Assembly: GCF_001194135.2 (NCBI RefSeq)
Contig: NC_068995.1
Span: forward strand, 14,290,246-14,354,245
Direction: 5' to 3'
DNA length: 64,000 nucleotides
Origin: Octopus bimaculoides
Lineage: Eukaryota
Shown piece by piece: positions 40,915-54,297 of this stretch (position 1 is its first letter; every line of letters begins with the position of its first letter). Position numbers and translations under genes: made by a program. A model generated the notes under the pieces. That model made no database searches. It was not told the origin of the DNA and saw nothing but the letters and a program-made list of their open reading frames with translations.

Positions 40915-41634
40915 GTACGTTGAAACTTTGTATAAATACATATATATTGCCATCAATATTATTTATTCATTTGGTAACATCGTCCAGTTTGTGAAACATT
41001 GGCGGGGGTTATTTCAGAAATTTTAAACTAATTATTGTTATATCTTTTAGTAAGCTTAATTGAATTAAAAAAAAAAAACTTAGATAAAGTCCTTTTTGTT
41101 GAGTTGAAAATATATTTTAGTTTCCAATCCATACTGGACTTTGTCAATTAATTTTGTTTCAGTCAAATATTTGAGTCTGTTGTGAAAGTTAAGCTTTATG
41201 CTTTCATGAATTGATAGAATACATAAAGTATCCAAATCCTGCTTTAGGTGCAGATAGAACTTCTCTTGAACAGAACATTTATAACAAGTTACATTCCCCA
41301 CCTTGCAAAAAGAAAATGCCAGTTACTTATTCCTTAGAGTTAGCTGACCTGAAATCATGTAGAATTGTGTTCAGTTCAGAAATAAAATACAAACTGCTTG
41401 CTGGAGATGTGAACTTTTGTCTTATAATTTAATAGTTGAAATAACTCATTCCCTATTTATCCACTGGTCCATTTTCACATGCATATCATTAAAAAAAATC
41501 TAAGATTAGTAAATTTCGTAACTCCTTTCAGTTTTAATAAATTAAATGAAAATACTTCTAAATTATTTCAGAGAAGAAAGTATCTAGCCTTAAATCCTTT
41601 TAATTTATCAAATTGTTTCTTTGTTTATTTACAG

Positions 41635-41796
41635 CAAGTGAACCAAGGAGGAGAGCCCAAATATCTGTTGGTAGCAGCAGTGAAGTATCTCTGAAGGTCA
41701 CTGAAACTGACATAACTAATCTAACTGCAATGATCAAGACCCCATCTGGCAAAGAGGAACCTTGCATTTTGAAAAAGCTGTCCAACGGTCACTTAG
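41635..41796 (+). CDS. FLNA: Filamin exon: R18
   Basis: ttacag acceptor, gtaact donor, 162 nt; RRRAQISVGSSSEVSL. Confidence 0.95.
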
Positions 41797-42242
41797 GTAA
41801 CTATAACCGTTTGCATTGACTATCTACCCTCACTTTACTGACTGTCTGCCTGCACTTCACAGACCATTTTCCATAGCATATATCATAAGATAGGCAGCAT
41901 ATTTGCTCACCTTTGATTTGAAATAATTTTGTTACAGCTTAAACTAAAAGCTCTATATCATAACCCATTTAAAGCTAGGTACAACCTATGGAAGAAAGCT
42001 ATAGTAGCTTTGTCAAACTTAATCATCTTCAATTTTAAAGACACTTCAATTTTATTAATTTCACCTTTTTATATTATATATGATGCACAGACACTTATGT
42101 ATTCTAGATTCAGTAGGGTGTATGTATAAAGAATTATATACATTTTATATCTGTATTTGTACATGTAACTAATCCTGATTATGCCTTTGTGTTATATTCT
42201 ACATATGTATTTCATCCATATTGTACTGCCCTTATTTTTCAG

Positions 42243-42446
42243 GTATTTCATTCACACCACATGAAGTCGGAGAGCATCTCGTCAACGTCTACCGCAACGG
42301 ACAACACATTGCAAGCAGTCCATTTAGGATTTATGTTGGTGAAGGAGAGTTGGGAAATGCTGGAAAGGTGAAGGTGACTGGCCGTGGAATTGTTGAAGGA
42401 ATGGCAAATCAAGTCAATGAATTTACTGTCAATACCAAAGAAGCTG
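42243..42446 (+). CDS. FLNA: Filamin exon: R18/R19
   Basis: ttcag acceptor, weak gtgtgt donor, 204 nt. Confidence 0.93.
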
Positions 42447-42957
42447 GTGTGTACAATTTGATTTTTATTGTTCTTAAGATAGACAAGGGGACATCTGTCC
42501 CCTCTGAACTTTGGAGGCCTCTTAGTTATGTATAGGAAAATCATAAGTAATATTGGAGATCCTGAATGTCGTAGTTCTGGGTTGGTGGGAATTGGTTGAA
42601 GTGTTTAGTGTGACATCTGGATAAGGAAGTACATGATTAATGGAGATGGTATGCAAATTGCTTGTTCAGAATGTCAGAAGTTGTTGTAGTACAGTTGATC
42701 CTTTATAAGTAAGGTATCATTTTTTGCATTTCAGTGGTCCTCGCATATCAAAAGCTAAAAACTATAAGACCTTTTTATCATGTCCGATTGTAAAGTTTCT
42801 CTTTTGTGAGTGGTGTCCACTTAGTTGTTAATGAAGATGTCTGATGTGATGTGCCGCTGGCACAGGTGTTTTTATGTACCACTGGAATAAGTGCAAATTG
42901 TGACACTGGCATTGGCTTGACTTATGATTTCACTTGGCTTGACAAAGCTTCTGTGTA

Positions 42958-43045
<88 letters not shown>

Positions 43046-43353
43046 GGGCTTCTGTCTATTAAATCCAATCACAAGATGAGGCTTTAGTTAGCCTGGAGCT
43101 ATAGTAGAAGACACCCGCTCAAGATGCCATGCAGTGGTACTGAACCCAAAGCCATGTAGTTGGGAAGCAAACTTATTGCCTCACAGCCATGCCTCTACTT
43201 TCTGTTTCATAGATCATTAACTTCTGTGTTAATTTTGTTCTAAATATATTTTCAAATCTCAAGCTAAAAGGAACGGTGGAAGTTTTTTTTTTTTCTTTTT
43301 TTCTTGGAATATGCCACAGGGATTTTACATAAGAGATCATTATATTCTTTCAG

Positions 43354-43506
43354 GCTATGGTGGACTTAGCTTGTCCATTGAAGGTCCCAGCAAGGCAGAT
43401 ATTGAGTGTAAAGACAACGATGATGGTACATGTGGTGTTACTTACAAACCCACAGAACCTGGTACCTACATCATTAACATCAAATTTGCTGATGTCCATG
43501 TTCCAG
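43354..43506 (+). CDS. FLNA: Filamin exon: R19
   Basis: tttcag acceptor, gtaatt donor, 153 nt, ends FADVHVP. Confidence 0.95.
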
Positions 43507-44302
43507 GTAATTAGTGTTCATAATTTAAATTTTTTGTTTTTGTTACTAAAATGTTATTCCACATTGCATTCATTTTTTTTGTTCTTTGTAATGGCATTTA
43601 GCAGAATTAAAAGAGCATAAAAAAATACCTTATGGTGTTTTGTTATATCCATTTACATTGTCGCTCAATGTTGCCTTTTGGTCTTTTTGAGGTGATTGAT
43701 AAATTCAAGAACCACCAGAATATTGGCAGTAAGATGGAAATTTAATCAATTTAGACACCCTTTCTATCCCCAACTGCTCTCCTAAGAATACCAGATGCAT
43801 TTTTTATGGTACCTGCACTAAGAGTTGTCATTCTCTCAAAATAAGTGTCTTAACACTTATTTTGTCTCTACTCATTAGTGAACTGCTTCACACTAGTGAA
43901 GTTGCTTTGTACCACATAAGATTAAGTCCTCACAAAAAATCTATATCGTTTCTTAGTTTCCATGCTTCAGGTGGAGTTTATTGAAGCAGACTTTCTCTGA
44001 TTGGACACCCTTCCTGTTGCCATTTGTCACTGGTTTCTAAACAGTGATATTTCCTCTTGACCAAACATGTTTTCATAAAATATTCGGAATGAACATTTAT
44101 TTGCAACAATCACATGACATCAGGTGAAGGAGACACAAAAATATGCACAATGGGCTTTTTAGAGTTTCCATCTACAAAGTTCATTTAGAAGCTTCTCGCT
44201 GGCTTGGGGCTATAGTAGAAGACACTTGCCCAAGGAGCCATGCAGTGAGACTGAACCCAAAACTACGTGGTTGGAAAACAGATTTCTCAAACACTATCAC
44301 AT

Positions 44303-45053
44303 NNNNNNNNNNNNNNNNNNNNNNNNNNNNNNNNNNNNNNNNNNNNNNNNNNNNNNNNNNNNNNNNNNNNNNNNNNNNNNNNNNNNNNNNNNNNNNNNNN
44401 NNNNNNNNNNNNNNNNNNNNNNNNNNNNNNNNNNNNNNNNNNNNNNNNNNNNNNNNNNNNNNNNNNNNNNNNNNNNNNNNNNNNNNNNNNNNNNNNNNNN
44501 NNNNNNNNNNNNNNNNNNNNNNNNNNNNNNNNNNNNNNNNNNNNNNNNNNNNNNNNNNNNNNNNNNNNNNNNNNNNNNNNNNNNNNNNNNNNNNNNNNNN
44601 NNNNNNNNNNNNNNNNNNNNNNNNNNNNNNNNNNNNNNNNNNNNNNNNNNNNNNNNNNNNNNNNNNNNNNNNNNNNNNNNNNNNNNNNNNNNNNNNNNNN
44701 NNNNNNNNNNNNNNNNNNNNNNNNNNNNNNNNNNNNNNNNNNNNNNNNNNNNNNNNNNNNNNNNNNNNNNNNNNNNNNNNNNNNNNNNNNNNNNNNNNNN
44801 NNNNNNNNNNNNNNNNNNNNNNNNNNNNNNNNNNNNNNNNNNNNNNNNNNNNNNNNNNNNNNNNNNNNNNNNNNNNNNNNNNNNNNNNNNNNNNNNNNNN
44901 NNNNNNNNNNNNNNNNNNNNNNNNNNNNNNNNNNNNNNNNNNNNNNNNNNNNNNNNNNNNNNNNNNNNNNNNNNNNNNNNNNNNNNNNNNNNNNNNNNNN
45001 NNNNNNNNNNNNNNNNNNNNNNNNNNNNNNNNNNNNNNNNNNNNNNNNNNNNN
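44303..45053. other. Assembly gap (others: 17898-18139, 22178-22541, 50105-50435, 59901-59910)
   Basis: N runs, mostly abutting microsatellites or homopolymers. Confidence 1.
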
Positions 45054-47318
45054 ATATATATATATATATATATATATAAAGTCAAGATAGAAAATCAATG
45101 AATTTAAAGCTGTAGCATTGAAAATGCCAACTATTAAATCTAAAAATTTTTTCAAGTGAAAAATTAGATATAAAATTTCTTAATTATATTACACTTTTTT
45201 AATGTGTTACTAATACTGAAATAAGTCTTATAGATTCTTAGCCTCATTTTTTTTTTCTTTCTACTGTTTTAAGCAATTTCATCTTCTCTAATTATGTTCT
45301 GTTGTCTTTAAGTATATGTGAGCTTAAGGTGGAATTGAACTCACTAACTTTCATTACATACAACATTTACTTTTGCGATGTAAACAATCTGTTGATTACT
45401 TTTGTACTATGAACAATCTTTTGAATGACAGCTCCAACCAATAACATTATTTATCATGTATCCTATATAGAAGATTGAATGATACCTGGATTAAACAATG
45501 GAGTTGAACTTTACTATTAGTCAAGTGAAGTTGCTACTTAAGCCTCATCTGCTTTTTTGCATATTTGACACCTTAATTAAAGGTGACTGGGAAACTGGAT
45601 TAAGCTGAAGCAAATGGTATGAAAGGAAAATTTCCTTGTAATGTATCAAATCAATTCTTTCCCAGAAGAAAAAGAATCCTACAAAAGTCTTTCAGGTGAT
45701 ATCTCCAGCTGAATAGAAAAGAATATCTTAGATGCTCCTACAAAGATAAGGATGGCCATCACTGGAATGCCTTTCAATATCTTTACAGGTCCTGATGTCA
45801 CGAATAGCCAGCAGGCTTATTTAAATAATATTTAGTAATGATAGAACAGGAAAGGAAGAAGAAAAAAGAATGTTAAGTCTGAAGATTTATTTCAGTAAAT
45901 TATTGTTCTTTGAACATCTAAACATAAACATTACACTTTTTTTATTCTCCATCTTTTCATGACAAATAGTTATTTGTAGAATTTTTTCACCCCTGGAAGT
46001 TCTCTAAAAGTTTTTCCACTTCAGATAGTTTCCTTTCTTCCCCATTATGTATTTCCATGTGTGTATGTATGTATTTTTTTTTCTGTTTACATTAAAGCTA
46101 TGTTTTTGCACTGAGCAATATTATTATTTTTCCTACAGAAAATTATTTGGCTATCAGAGGTAACTTTTGATACTAAATTTAAAAATGTTTAAAGCCAGTT
46201 ATTACCCTCCAATACACGGTTTTCTCTGGATCTTCATATTGTCTGTTTTATATATCTGAATTGCCTTTTTACCCATATATCTAATGTTAAAATGATCATT
46301 TCTGTGTTTTAAACAGAAATTATATTCATCTATATCCCTTTCTCTTTTTTTTTGTCTCTGGGTTCCTTGTTAGTTTTGTTCCATTTCTGAAATCATGAAC
46401 ATCGACTTCAAGATTCAGATTTACTGAACAAAATGTTTTGAAACTCTTCAGTATCGTATTTCAGATATATAAAAACTCTATGATGATCCTAAGTGTTTAG
46501 TACATTGGCTCTGTTTTATATATAAATACACATATTTTGAAGAATCAAAAATCCACCTCCTTATTGAATTAAATTCCCTATGGTTCTAATGTCTTCTACT
46601 GTGTGATCCTCACCTCCACATCATAATGTACCTACATGAAGTCTCATATTTGATACTATAGTTAACAGCATTACTTTTGGACTGCAGATTAACCCTTGCA
46701 CATTCCCTTCATAAACTGCAAGTCACTTTAAAAAAAAAAAGTACTTTGTCAAACTAACTTGGTGTATTAAGTTTGTTCAGTTTTTTTTTTTAAACTTTTA
46801 CTATTCTTAAGAAAAAATAATTGCGATCACATACTACCAAGAATTTAATTAGTTCCATGCCATTTCTGTTGCAATCAAGTTTTCCTCATTCTTGTAGATT
46901 TTTTCCATGTTAACAGTCCAGTTGCTGTTAGTTAAAAAAAAATACAAAAAAATGTTGTCAGTTCTTAGAAAAGAGTTTTGGCTCTATTTCTGAAGACAAC
47001 TTCCAGCTATTGTGAAATCTGGCATTTAAGATTTTTGTTATCAGTGCCAAGAGTGGGTGGGAGGGGGAGAGTAAGGTAGAGATGCTTGTCTGCTGCTGCT
47101 GAAATGATATTTTTACTCACCTTGCTGGAGGGCAATAATGTAACTTCTCTCAGCCAGCACAGCTTCTTTTTAAGCTTTCAGCTACTGCTTATATTGCTCA
47201 TTCTTCACTTTCTTCTGCAGAAGGAGAATCTATTTCAGTTTCGTTTAGCTTCTTCAAACAACAAAAACTAGTTGTTTTTTTCTTTCCCTTGCCTGTGACT
47301 TGTTGACAGTTAGAAGTA

Positions 47319-47358
<40 letters not shown>

Positions 47359-47467
47359 CGGTTCTTTGTTTTCACCCCAAAAGAACTTTTGTTTCTGTGA
47401 TTTAAAAAAAACAAATAACAAAAAGAAAAACGAATAAGAAACCCACAAAGAAACAAAATCTTTCAAA

Positions 47468-47606
47468 ATGCGTACCGTACCAATTACTCTTGTAAAGTCT
47501 TATTCGTCTCCTGTCAAAGTTGTTACAGATTATATACCCTATGTAAAATGGGATTCACACAATATTATTACCATTACTAACAATCAGGATGTAAAGAAAT
47601 CAGTTG
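47468..47606 (+). CDS. FLNA: Candidate alternative first coding exon of a short filamin isoform
   Basis: CAAAATG start, upstream in-frame TAA at 47435-47437, 46 open codons, then G|GTAAGA donor in phase 1, matching the acceptor at 53509. Confidence 0.6.
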
Positions 47607-49220
47607 GTAAGACATTCTGTATCACTACCTGTAGTAGTAGTAGTAGTAGTAGTAATATAATCATTCTTTATTATCCTTAAGTTTTAAGGGGTTTCATTTT
47701 AGCCATAAAAAATAAAATTGACATTTTATTTTGCAAACACTCTGATGTTTGCAAGATTTTAGTGAAGTATTTATGTTCACGTTTGACCAGTTCTAAAATT
47801 TATTTTGGATTAATAATAATTAGATTTGTTTTTACTTTTACAACTGCATTTACCAAATATTCTTTTCTATTATAATATTTTATTACAATTATATTTTAGA
47901 ATTATAGTGCAGTTATTATAATTATGTTAAGAATAGGAGATGAAAATAAATTTATGAAGATATAATAAACATAAAAATAACCATATAATGACAATGTTAT
48001 TGTCTCAGAAGAAATCATTTAAAATTTTCAATTTTAATGATTGAGCATTTCATCATAGGTGTGTGTAAAATGGATTTGTCATCACACACATGTGCTGTCA
48101 TACATGCACACATGTACAAGTACTGTCACTGCATATACACAAACACTGTTATCACATGTGACTATTCATATTTTGTGACAGCAAACTCACACACTTGTAC
48201 TTTGTGACCCTGCTAACATGTATGTATTTTGAAACTATACACACACACACTTTGCAACTATACCACACTATCCTTATATCTACTATTTCTTATAGATTAA
48301 AAACCATGTTTGCTATAAATTTCTTCCAAATAAAGTTTAAGGAGTTTCAAAAATATATTTGTAAGCAAACTTGATTCTATCACATTCTATATTGATGTTT
48401 TAGTTTGTTTACAACAATGACACTGCATTTTCTTTATGTATTTACATTTTAGATAAATATTATTATAGGAATTCTTTCAAAATACTCTAATGTATCATTC
48501 TAGCAGAGCATCAGAAATAAAATACCTTCCCAGATGTAAAATCCATTTAGGCAATTTTTTTTTTTTTTTTTTTCATTCTCGCTTCAGAAACTTAAAAAGG
48601 GAAGTTGTTTACCACCAAAAGAAATATTAAATGAATATTTATTTTAAAATCTGATATTTGACAAATATAAGAAATTTATTCATTGGTGTAGTTTAATCTT
48701 GGATACTTAATTCATTTGCAGCTTCTACTTAAACCTATCTTGCATACTTTTATTATCTGTTGCTTTTAAAAATAACACACTGAATATAGGAAATATATTT
48801 TTACACGAAACACCTGTGGGAGAGAAATATAGAAATACATGAGTCATTGATGTTCTTACTTTACCATTTCCACAGACACTGATCTTTTATATCAATCATT
48901 TTTATAGCATTTTTTTCTTTTTCCGATTTTTATCGGAATGCTTTACTAATTCTTAAATTCTTAGTAGATATGAAGTATAGTGGTTTAAAAAATGCTTCAT
49001 GTATTAGTGGTTGCAAAATCTTGTCTAATTACATTTCTAGTTGATTGTCTATATCTAATTACTAAAAGCTTTCTACAGGATGTGGCTATGTAAGTAATGT
49101 AGTTATACTTTGTAACGCAAGAAGTATATTCTGTCTGCATGTCGCAACTAGCTTTGTCCCTTCATGTCTTAACATTGTAGTGTATACGTACATGTATATA
49201 TATATTTTGTAGGTCTATAT

Positions 49221-49397
49221 CAGTGCTCCTCAACTGGTATGCTATGGCACACTGTGCCGTGAGACAGTGCTAGGTGTGCCATAGTGTAACCTAAATATTT
49301 TTTCCCGTATACTTTTATATGTTTAGTTCAGGTGTGTTGCTGAATTTGAAAAGAATTTAAGTGTACTGTAAGTGAAAAAAAAGGTTGCGGAGCACTG
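49221..49397. mobile_element. hAT-type MITE (177 bp)
   Basis: CAGTGCTCCTCAAC / GTTGCGGAGCACTG TIRs with a perfect 8-bp TSD GTCTATAT at 49213-49220 and 49398-49405. Confidence 0.88.
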
Positions 49398-52300
49398 GTC
49401 TATATTCATATTGTCTTAATATTGTACTGTTAGTTGGTCTATATTTATGTTCTTTGGTTGGTCTTATCCTTGTTTTATCTTAATCCGTTTCTGTATTAGC
49501 TCATGTAATCTTTATTATCAATCTCGTGTTCATGATGCCACTCCAGGTTCTCGTCCTGGCCTGCATAGAATCAATGAACACCCTTACAAGGGTGGATGAA
49601 CTGAACAAGGAGTCACTGATCATCCATCAAATTCACAAATGAAGCAAGCTCTCATCCATCCATCAAGGCTTTTGAATCTTGCATTGCTGACTCTCTTGAC
49701 TTCTCTGCACCCACTTGTCCCTATGACATACTGGGACTTGCTTTTCCTCTGACTCAGGAAGATCTGAGCAAGAGCAGCCCTCCCTTGATAAGTGCAGGGA
49801 CCACCCAAGATGATTTAAATTAGTCCTGGTTAAGAATGTTTTTTTTTTTTTTTTTTTTTTGCATTGTCAGAAACAATAGATGCATGGTGTTCCATATGTG
49901 TGAAAGAATAAATCTCTAATATCTTTATTAGGCTGCATGTATCCTTTTATGCACGAGTTCAGAAATTTGTTTTGGGTTCCTCAATAATAATAATAATAAT
50001 AATAATACCGTTGTCGAAAATCTACAATAAGATTATTTTCTCTTTTACCTTTTTGGTGGTGTGTAATATCAGTATCTGGACCATATTGGCCATTTTGTAT
50101 TGAGNNNNNNNNNNNNNNNNNNNNNNNNNNNNNNNNNNNNNNNNNNNNNNNNNNNNNNNNNNNNNNNNNNNNNNNNNNNNNNNNNNNNNNNNNNNNNNNN
50201 NNNNNNNNNNNNNNNNNNNNNNNNNNNNNNNNNNNNNNNNNNNNNNNNNNNNNNNNNNNNNNNNNNNNNNNNNNNNNNNNNNNNNNNNNNNNNNNNNNNN
50301 NNNNNNNNNNNNNNNNNNNNNNNNNNNNNNNNNNNNNNNNNNNNNNNNNNNNNNNNNNNNNNNNNNNNNNNNNNNNNNNNNNNNNNNNNNNNNNNNNNNN
50401 NNNNNNNNNNNNNNNNNNNNNNNNNNNNNNNNNNNTTTTTTTTTTTTTTTTTTTTTTTTTCTTTAATAGTCAGTTTTATAGAAGTCTAATTTAGTCAAAA
50501 ACAATTGGAAAATTTTGAAGAAAACTGGTTGGAAATCATTCTGAATGATCACCAGGTTTTAAAAAAATCCCAAAATATAAATATTACCTCTATAAAGATA
50601 AATAAAATGAAGTTTGTCTACATTTAAATCTTTTCCACTTAGTTAACAAATACATTGTCATCTTTATTCAAAATCAGCTAATCGATATTTTGTCAATTTT
50701 ATATTGACTACATATCATTAAGGAATTTACTCTTGGCCTAAGAAAGCTTAATCCTTCGATATCACCACCACTGAATTCATCTTTGATTCAGTTATAAAAG
50801 ATTGCCTATTTTCAAGGTTTCATATTAAAATTAAAACCTGTCATCATAATTTAATGTAAGATGCTATTGTTAAATTATTTCCTTATTAAGCTACTATTTT
50901 GAACATAAATGAAAAACTTATTTTCTAAATTTCCACTCTCCCAGATTTTTGATTATTTTCTAAATTAATTAAAAATTTAAATATAGACAGTAAACGGTTA
51001 AAATAGAAATTGCAGGCAACAACTATTGTGATGCGTCCAACAAACGGATTCAACTGACGTAATCTGGTTCATCACTATTTTTCAGTTATGAAATACATGC
51101 AACATCATTTGATTAACTATCATTTGTTCATTTGAAACAGTGTCAGGAATTGGTGCCACTTGCTCATTTTTGCCTATATCTTGACCAAATTTTTACCATT
51201 TTAAGGCAATTTCTCGAATACTGCTTACTACTGATTTATTATATCCATCCAACAACTCAAAATTGATGGGATAATTATAAACAATCCTTACTACATCATT
51301 TAATTTCTTCCCAATCTGTACTGATTTTAGAAAACTAAATTCCCTTTGACCACTTTCATATATCACATCAGTGGCTTCTTGCCCTTAACTTCAATAACAG
51401 CAATGTTACTGTTCTTGACCTCATTGAAAGTCTTCTATTCTGTCTGGTAATGAAAGTCAGATGCAACTGCCTGTTCATAAAACTCCATTACAACTGAGTT
51501 GAGAAGTTCCTGATATCTCCTTGTGTAAACAAGTTTTGTCTTTTATTATCACTCTATTGATTCTATATCAGATTCCTTTCTGACCTTCACTTCCTTCAAT
51601 GGCCTATTTACTTATCTCCCTTATTTTATCACAATGACTTTGTTCATATGAAATGTCAACACTTTCTGTGAGTTCTGCTTATCTTTGAACAGCTGAAATG
51701 GAGATTTGAAACACTTGACATTTTAAAGAACAAATTTGCAACTCTGCTTCCTCTGTACTCTCAGAACAACATACATTTCAAACCACCACATTACTTAAAT
51801 ATACTGTTTAAATAGATCTCAAATCTTATCACACTGCTTCCCACCTCACAATTTTCTAAGTTAAGTTTGCTTCACAAAATTGTGCTCCCTTTTTAGGCTC
51901 ATGAAAATACTATTTCAGCTCTGAATTGCTACTTTTTACGAAACTGAAATACACACTGCACTAGAACACTAGGGCGACTGTAGGTTTACTTAACCCCTAA
52001 AGTGCTGGGATTTGCACTTACGCAGCGTGGGCTGCTGAGCACATTTTATGAAAATGAGACTACCATGCAGACATAAAAAGCAAAAAATAGTTAGAGTATC
52101 CTAGTATATAATGGTGGCAAGTTTTACATCATCTGAAAAATCATTAGTTGAATTATTAGTCCTCTTGCATTCTGGAGGGTATCGGAGCGTTTGAGTGACA
52201 TTAAACCCCAACAAACGCCCATAAATTAAATGCATCTATCTGGGCCATGATTGTGGCCTGTCAACCTGTGCCTAACGGCCACGATTGTGGCCCGTTGCAC

Positions 52301-52820
52301 TTTGTGTTAATTCACACATGAAATTTCGACTGCACCTTAAGAAAATTCTCACATGCTATCGATTTACTGAAACTTTTAAAACCTCTGGCCCACCATTCAA
52401 ATGTTGTCTGTCTGCTTCTGTACTGCTATATTGAACTCGTGTTCTTTTGCTTTACTTTCTGTCTACCACTTTCAGCTTCTTCTCTTTGCCTTCAGTATCT
52501 CAACTCGTTCACATTGTCACTAAACTCTGTACTAAACACCTTTTCTAATCCTTATATAATCACAAACTGCTTCTCTTCATTTTTTTCTCCCTCCAACCAT
52601 TCAAACTGAGTTCACACAGTTGTCTCTATCCTTCCGTCCTGTATAAATTTGCTGTAAAAGTGTCCTCCTCTCCCTCTCCCTTTCACTTGATGGGACACTA
52701 AAAATTTGGATTCTTTATACTTTATCTTATGTGTGTGTGTATGTATATAATGCACACACACACACATGTTCATTCACAGTTATTTTCGCGCATCTACGGC
52801 AGCTGAAAGAAAAAAACTGA

Positions 52821-52855
<35 letters not shown>

Positions 52856-53508
52856 TATTAGAGCCATGCAGAAAATAGAATTAACTTATCACCTAGATTT
52901 GCCATAGCTTTATGGTGCTTTCACAGTTATTTGTTGTTTTTTTTTTTTCCACCTGACTAGCATCTTTTCTCAGTTACAGAAAAATGCAATTTTTCTTTCA
53001 AAGAATTTTTTTTTTTTTTGTGCAAACTCCTGTTACAAATTTCAGATTATCTTAATTAAACCATATCATTTCATTGTATGAACATTTTTATATTTAAGAA
53101 TTTAATCTTTCTTAGTTGATAAAATAATACTGCTCCATTATTAAATATCATTTGCGCTTTGTTATTGGGCAACCAATGCCATAAATGAAAGCATCATTGT
53201 TTATAAACTTGTGTGTTAACAACATTGACTTTTTTGTCTCTTAATTGTATTTGTTTTAAATTAAAATTAGAAACTTCAGCATAGTTTAACTGCAGTATAG
53301 CAATTGTCTTGCTGTAAGAAATACAAAGAAAAAAAACTTTGAAATGTATGTATTGTCTAATTCTTGTTTCTAAAACATTTAGACAAAATATATTTAAACA
53401 AATATTTATGTAATGCTCAGTTTAGGAAATTATCATTTTACTAATGTTAATTTCAGTGTTATAATTTAATAAAAATATGTAATTAATATCTCTCCTGTTT
53501 CATTGTAG

Positions 53509-53673
53509 GCACAAGTCCTTTCGATATGACTGCTTCTGTAACCAGCCCATCAGGTGTAACTGAAGTTTGCGATGTAATTAGCTTAAATGACTGTCACTAT
53601 AGTATCAAATTCGTTCCCAAAGAAATGGGAGTCCATACAGTTAGTGTAAAGCACAAAGACATGCATATTCCAG
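53509..53673 (+). CDS. FLNA: Filamin exon: R20 (GTSPFDMTASVTSPSG...KDMHIP)
   Basis: ttgtag acceptor, gtgagc donor, 165 nt. Confidence 0.95.
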
Positions 53674-53818
53674 GTGAGCATATTTTAAGTTACTTTGAGC
53701 ATTTTATATTATTCTCAGATATAAAAAATAAAAATAAAAAACAATTCATTTTGAAATTTCAGATTTGATTTCCAGATCTATGTATATCTAAATTATTCTT
53801 TGTATTTTTCGTTTTTAG

Positions 53819-53920
53819 GCAGCCCCTTTGAATTCACAGTTGGGCCTATTACTGGAGGCGGAGCCCACAAAGTGCATGCAGCTGGTCCTGGCTTAGAGAA
53901 AGGAGAAGTACACTCACCTT
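53819..53920 (+). CDS. FLNA: Filamin exon: R20/R21
   Basis: ttttag acceptor, gtaagt donor, 102 nt; [29 protein letters not shown]. Confidence 0.95.
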
Positions 53921-54159
53921 GTAAGTAATTTAATCATAATTACAAATGGAGACCAAAATATTACATATTTGTAAATTCTTGGTTTCTTTTTCCCACTTGA
54001 CATGTAAAATCAAAAATCTGATATTAACTTCCAAAATAGTTCACATTAATCTTTTAGCTCTGCTTCAATCATAAATAACTCTGTATTATTGCAGCAGCCT
54101 TTCTTTACTCCTGGTCATACACATCTTATACAACAGTTGTTTCTCCTCTATTTCTAAAG

Positions 54160-54297
54160 GTGAATTCAACATTTATACTCGGGAAGCTGGTGCTGGTGGT
54201 TTGTCTATTGCTGTTGAGGGGCCATCTAAAGCTGAAATAGATTTTGAAGATAGAAAAGATGGTTCTTGTGGTGTGAACTATGTATGCACTGAGCCTG
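54160..54297 (+). CDS. FLNA: Filamin exon: R21
   Basis: ctaaag acceptor, gtcagt donor, 138 nt; [26 protein letters not shown]. Confidence 0.95.

Noticed and set aside
44143-45155. Long ORFs in the track (also at 17784, 22069, 50100)
   Set aside because: Artefacts of N gaps and microsatellites.
47221-47310. Strong acceptor ttcttctgcag followed by EGESISVSFSFF, faintly like the R20 A strand
   Set aside because: The frame hits TGA with no donor; it is more likely promoter or leader sequence.
49079-49089. ctacag|GATGTGGCTAT|gtaagt 11-nt mini-exon; its ATG would be in phase with 53509
   Set aside because: It frameshifts as an internal exon and needs an unseen non-coding upstream exon; such a short match can arise by chance.
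52600-52810. TATA-like GTATAAAT and a CpG-containing stretch upstream of the R20 exon
   Set aside because: No convincing ATG-donor unit; promoter motifs alone are uninformative in AT-rich DNA.
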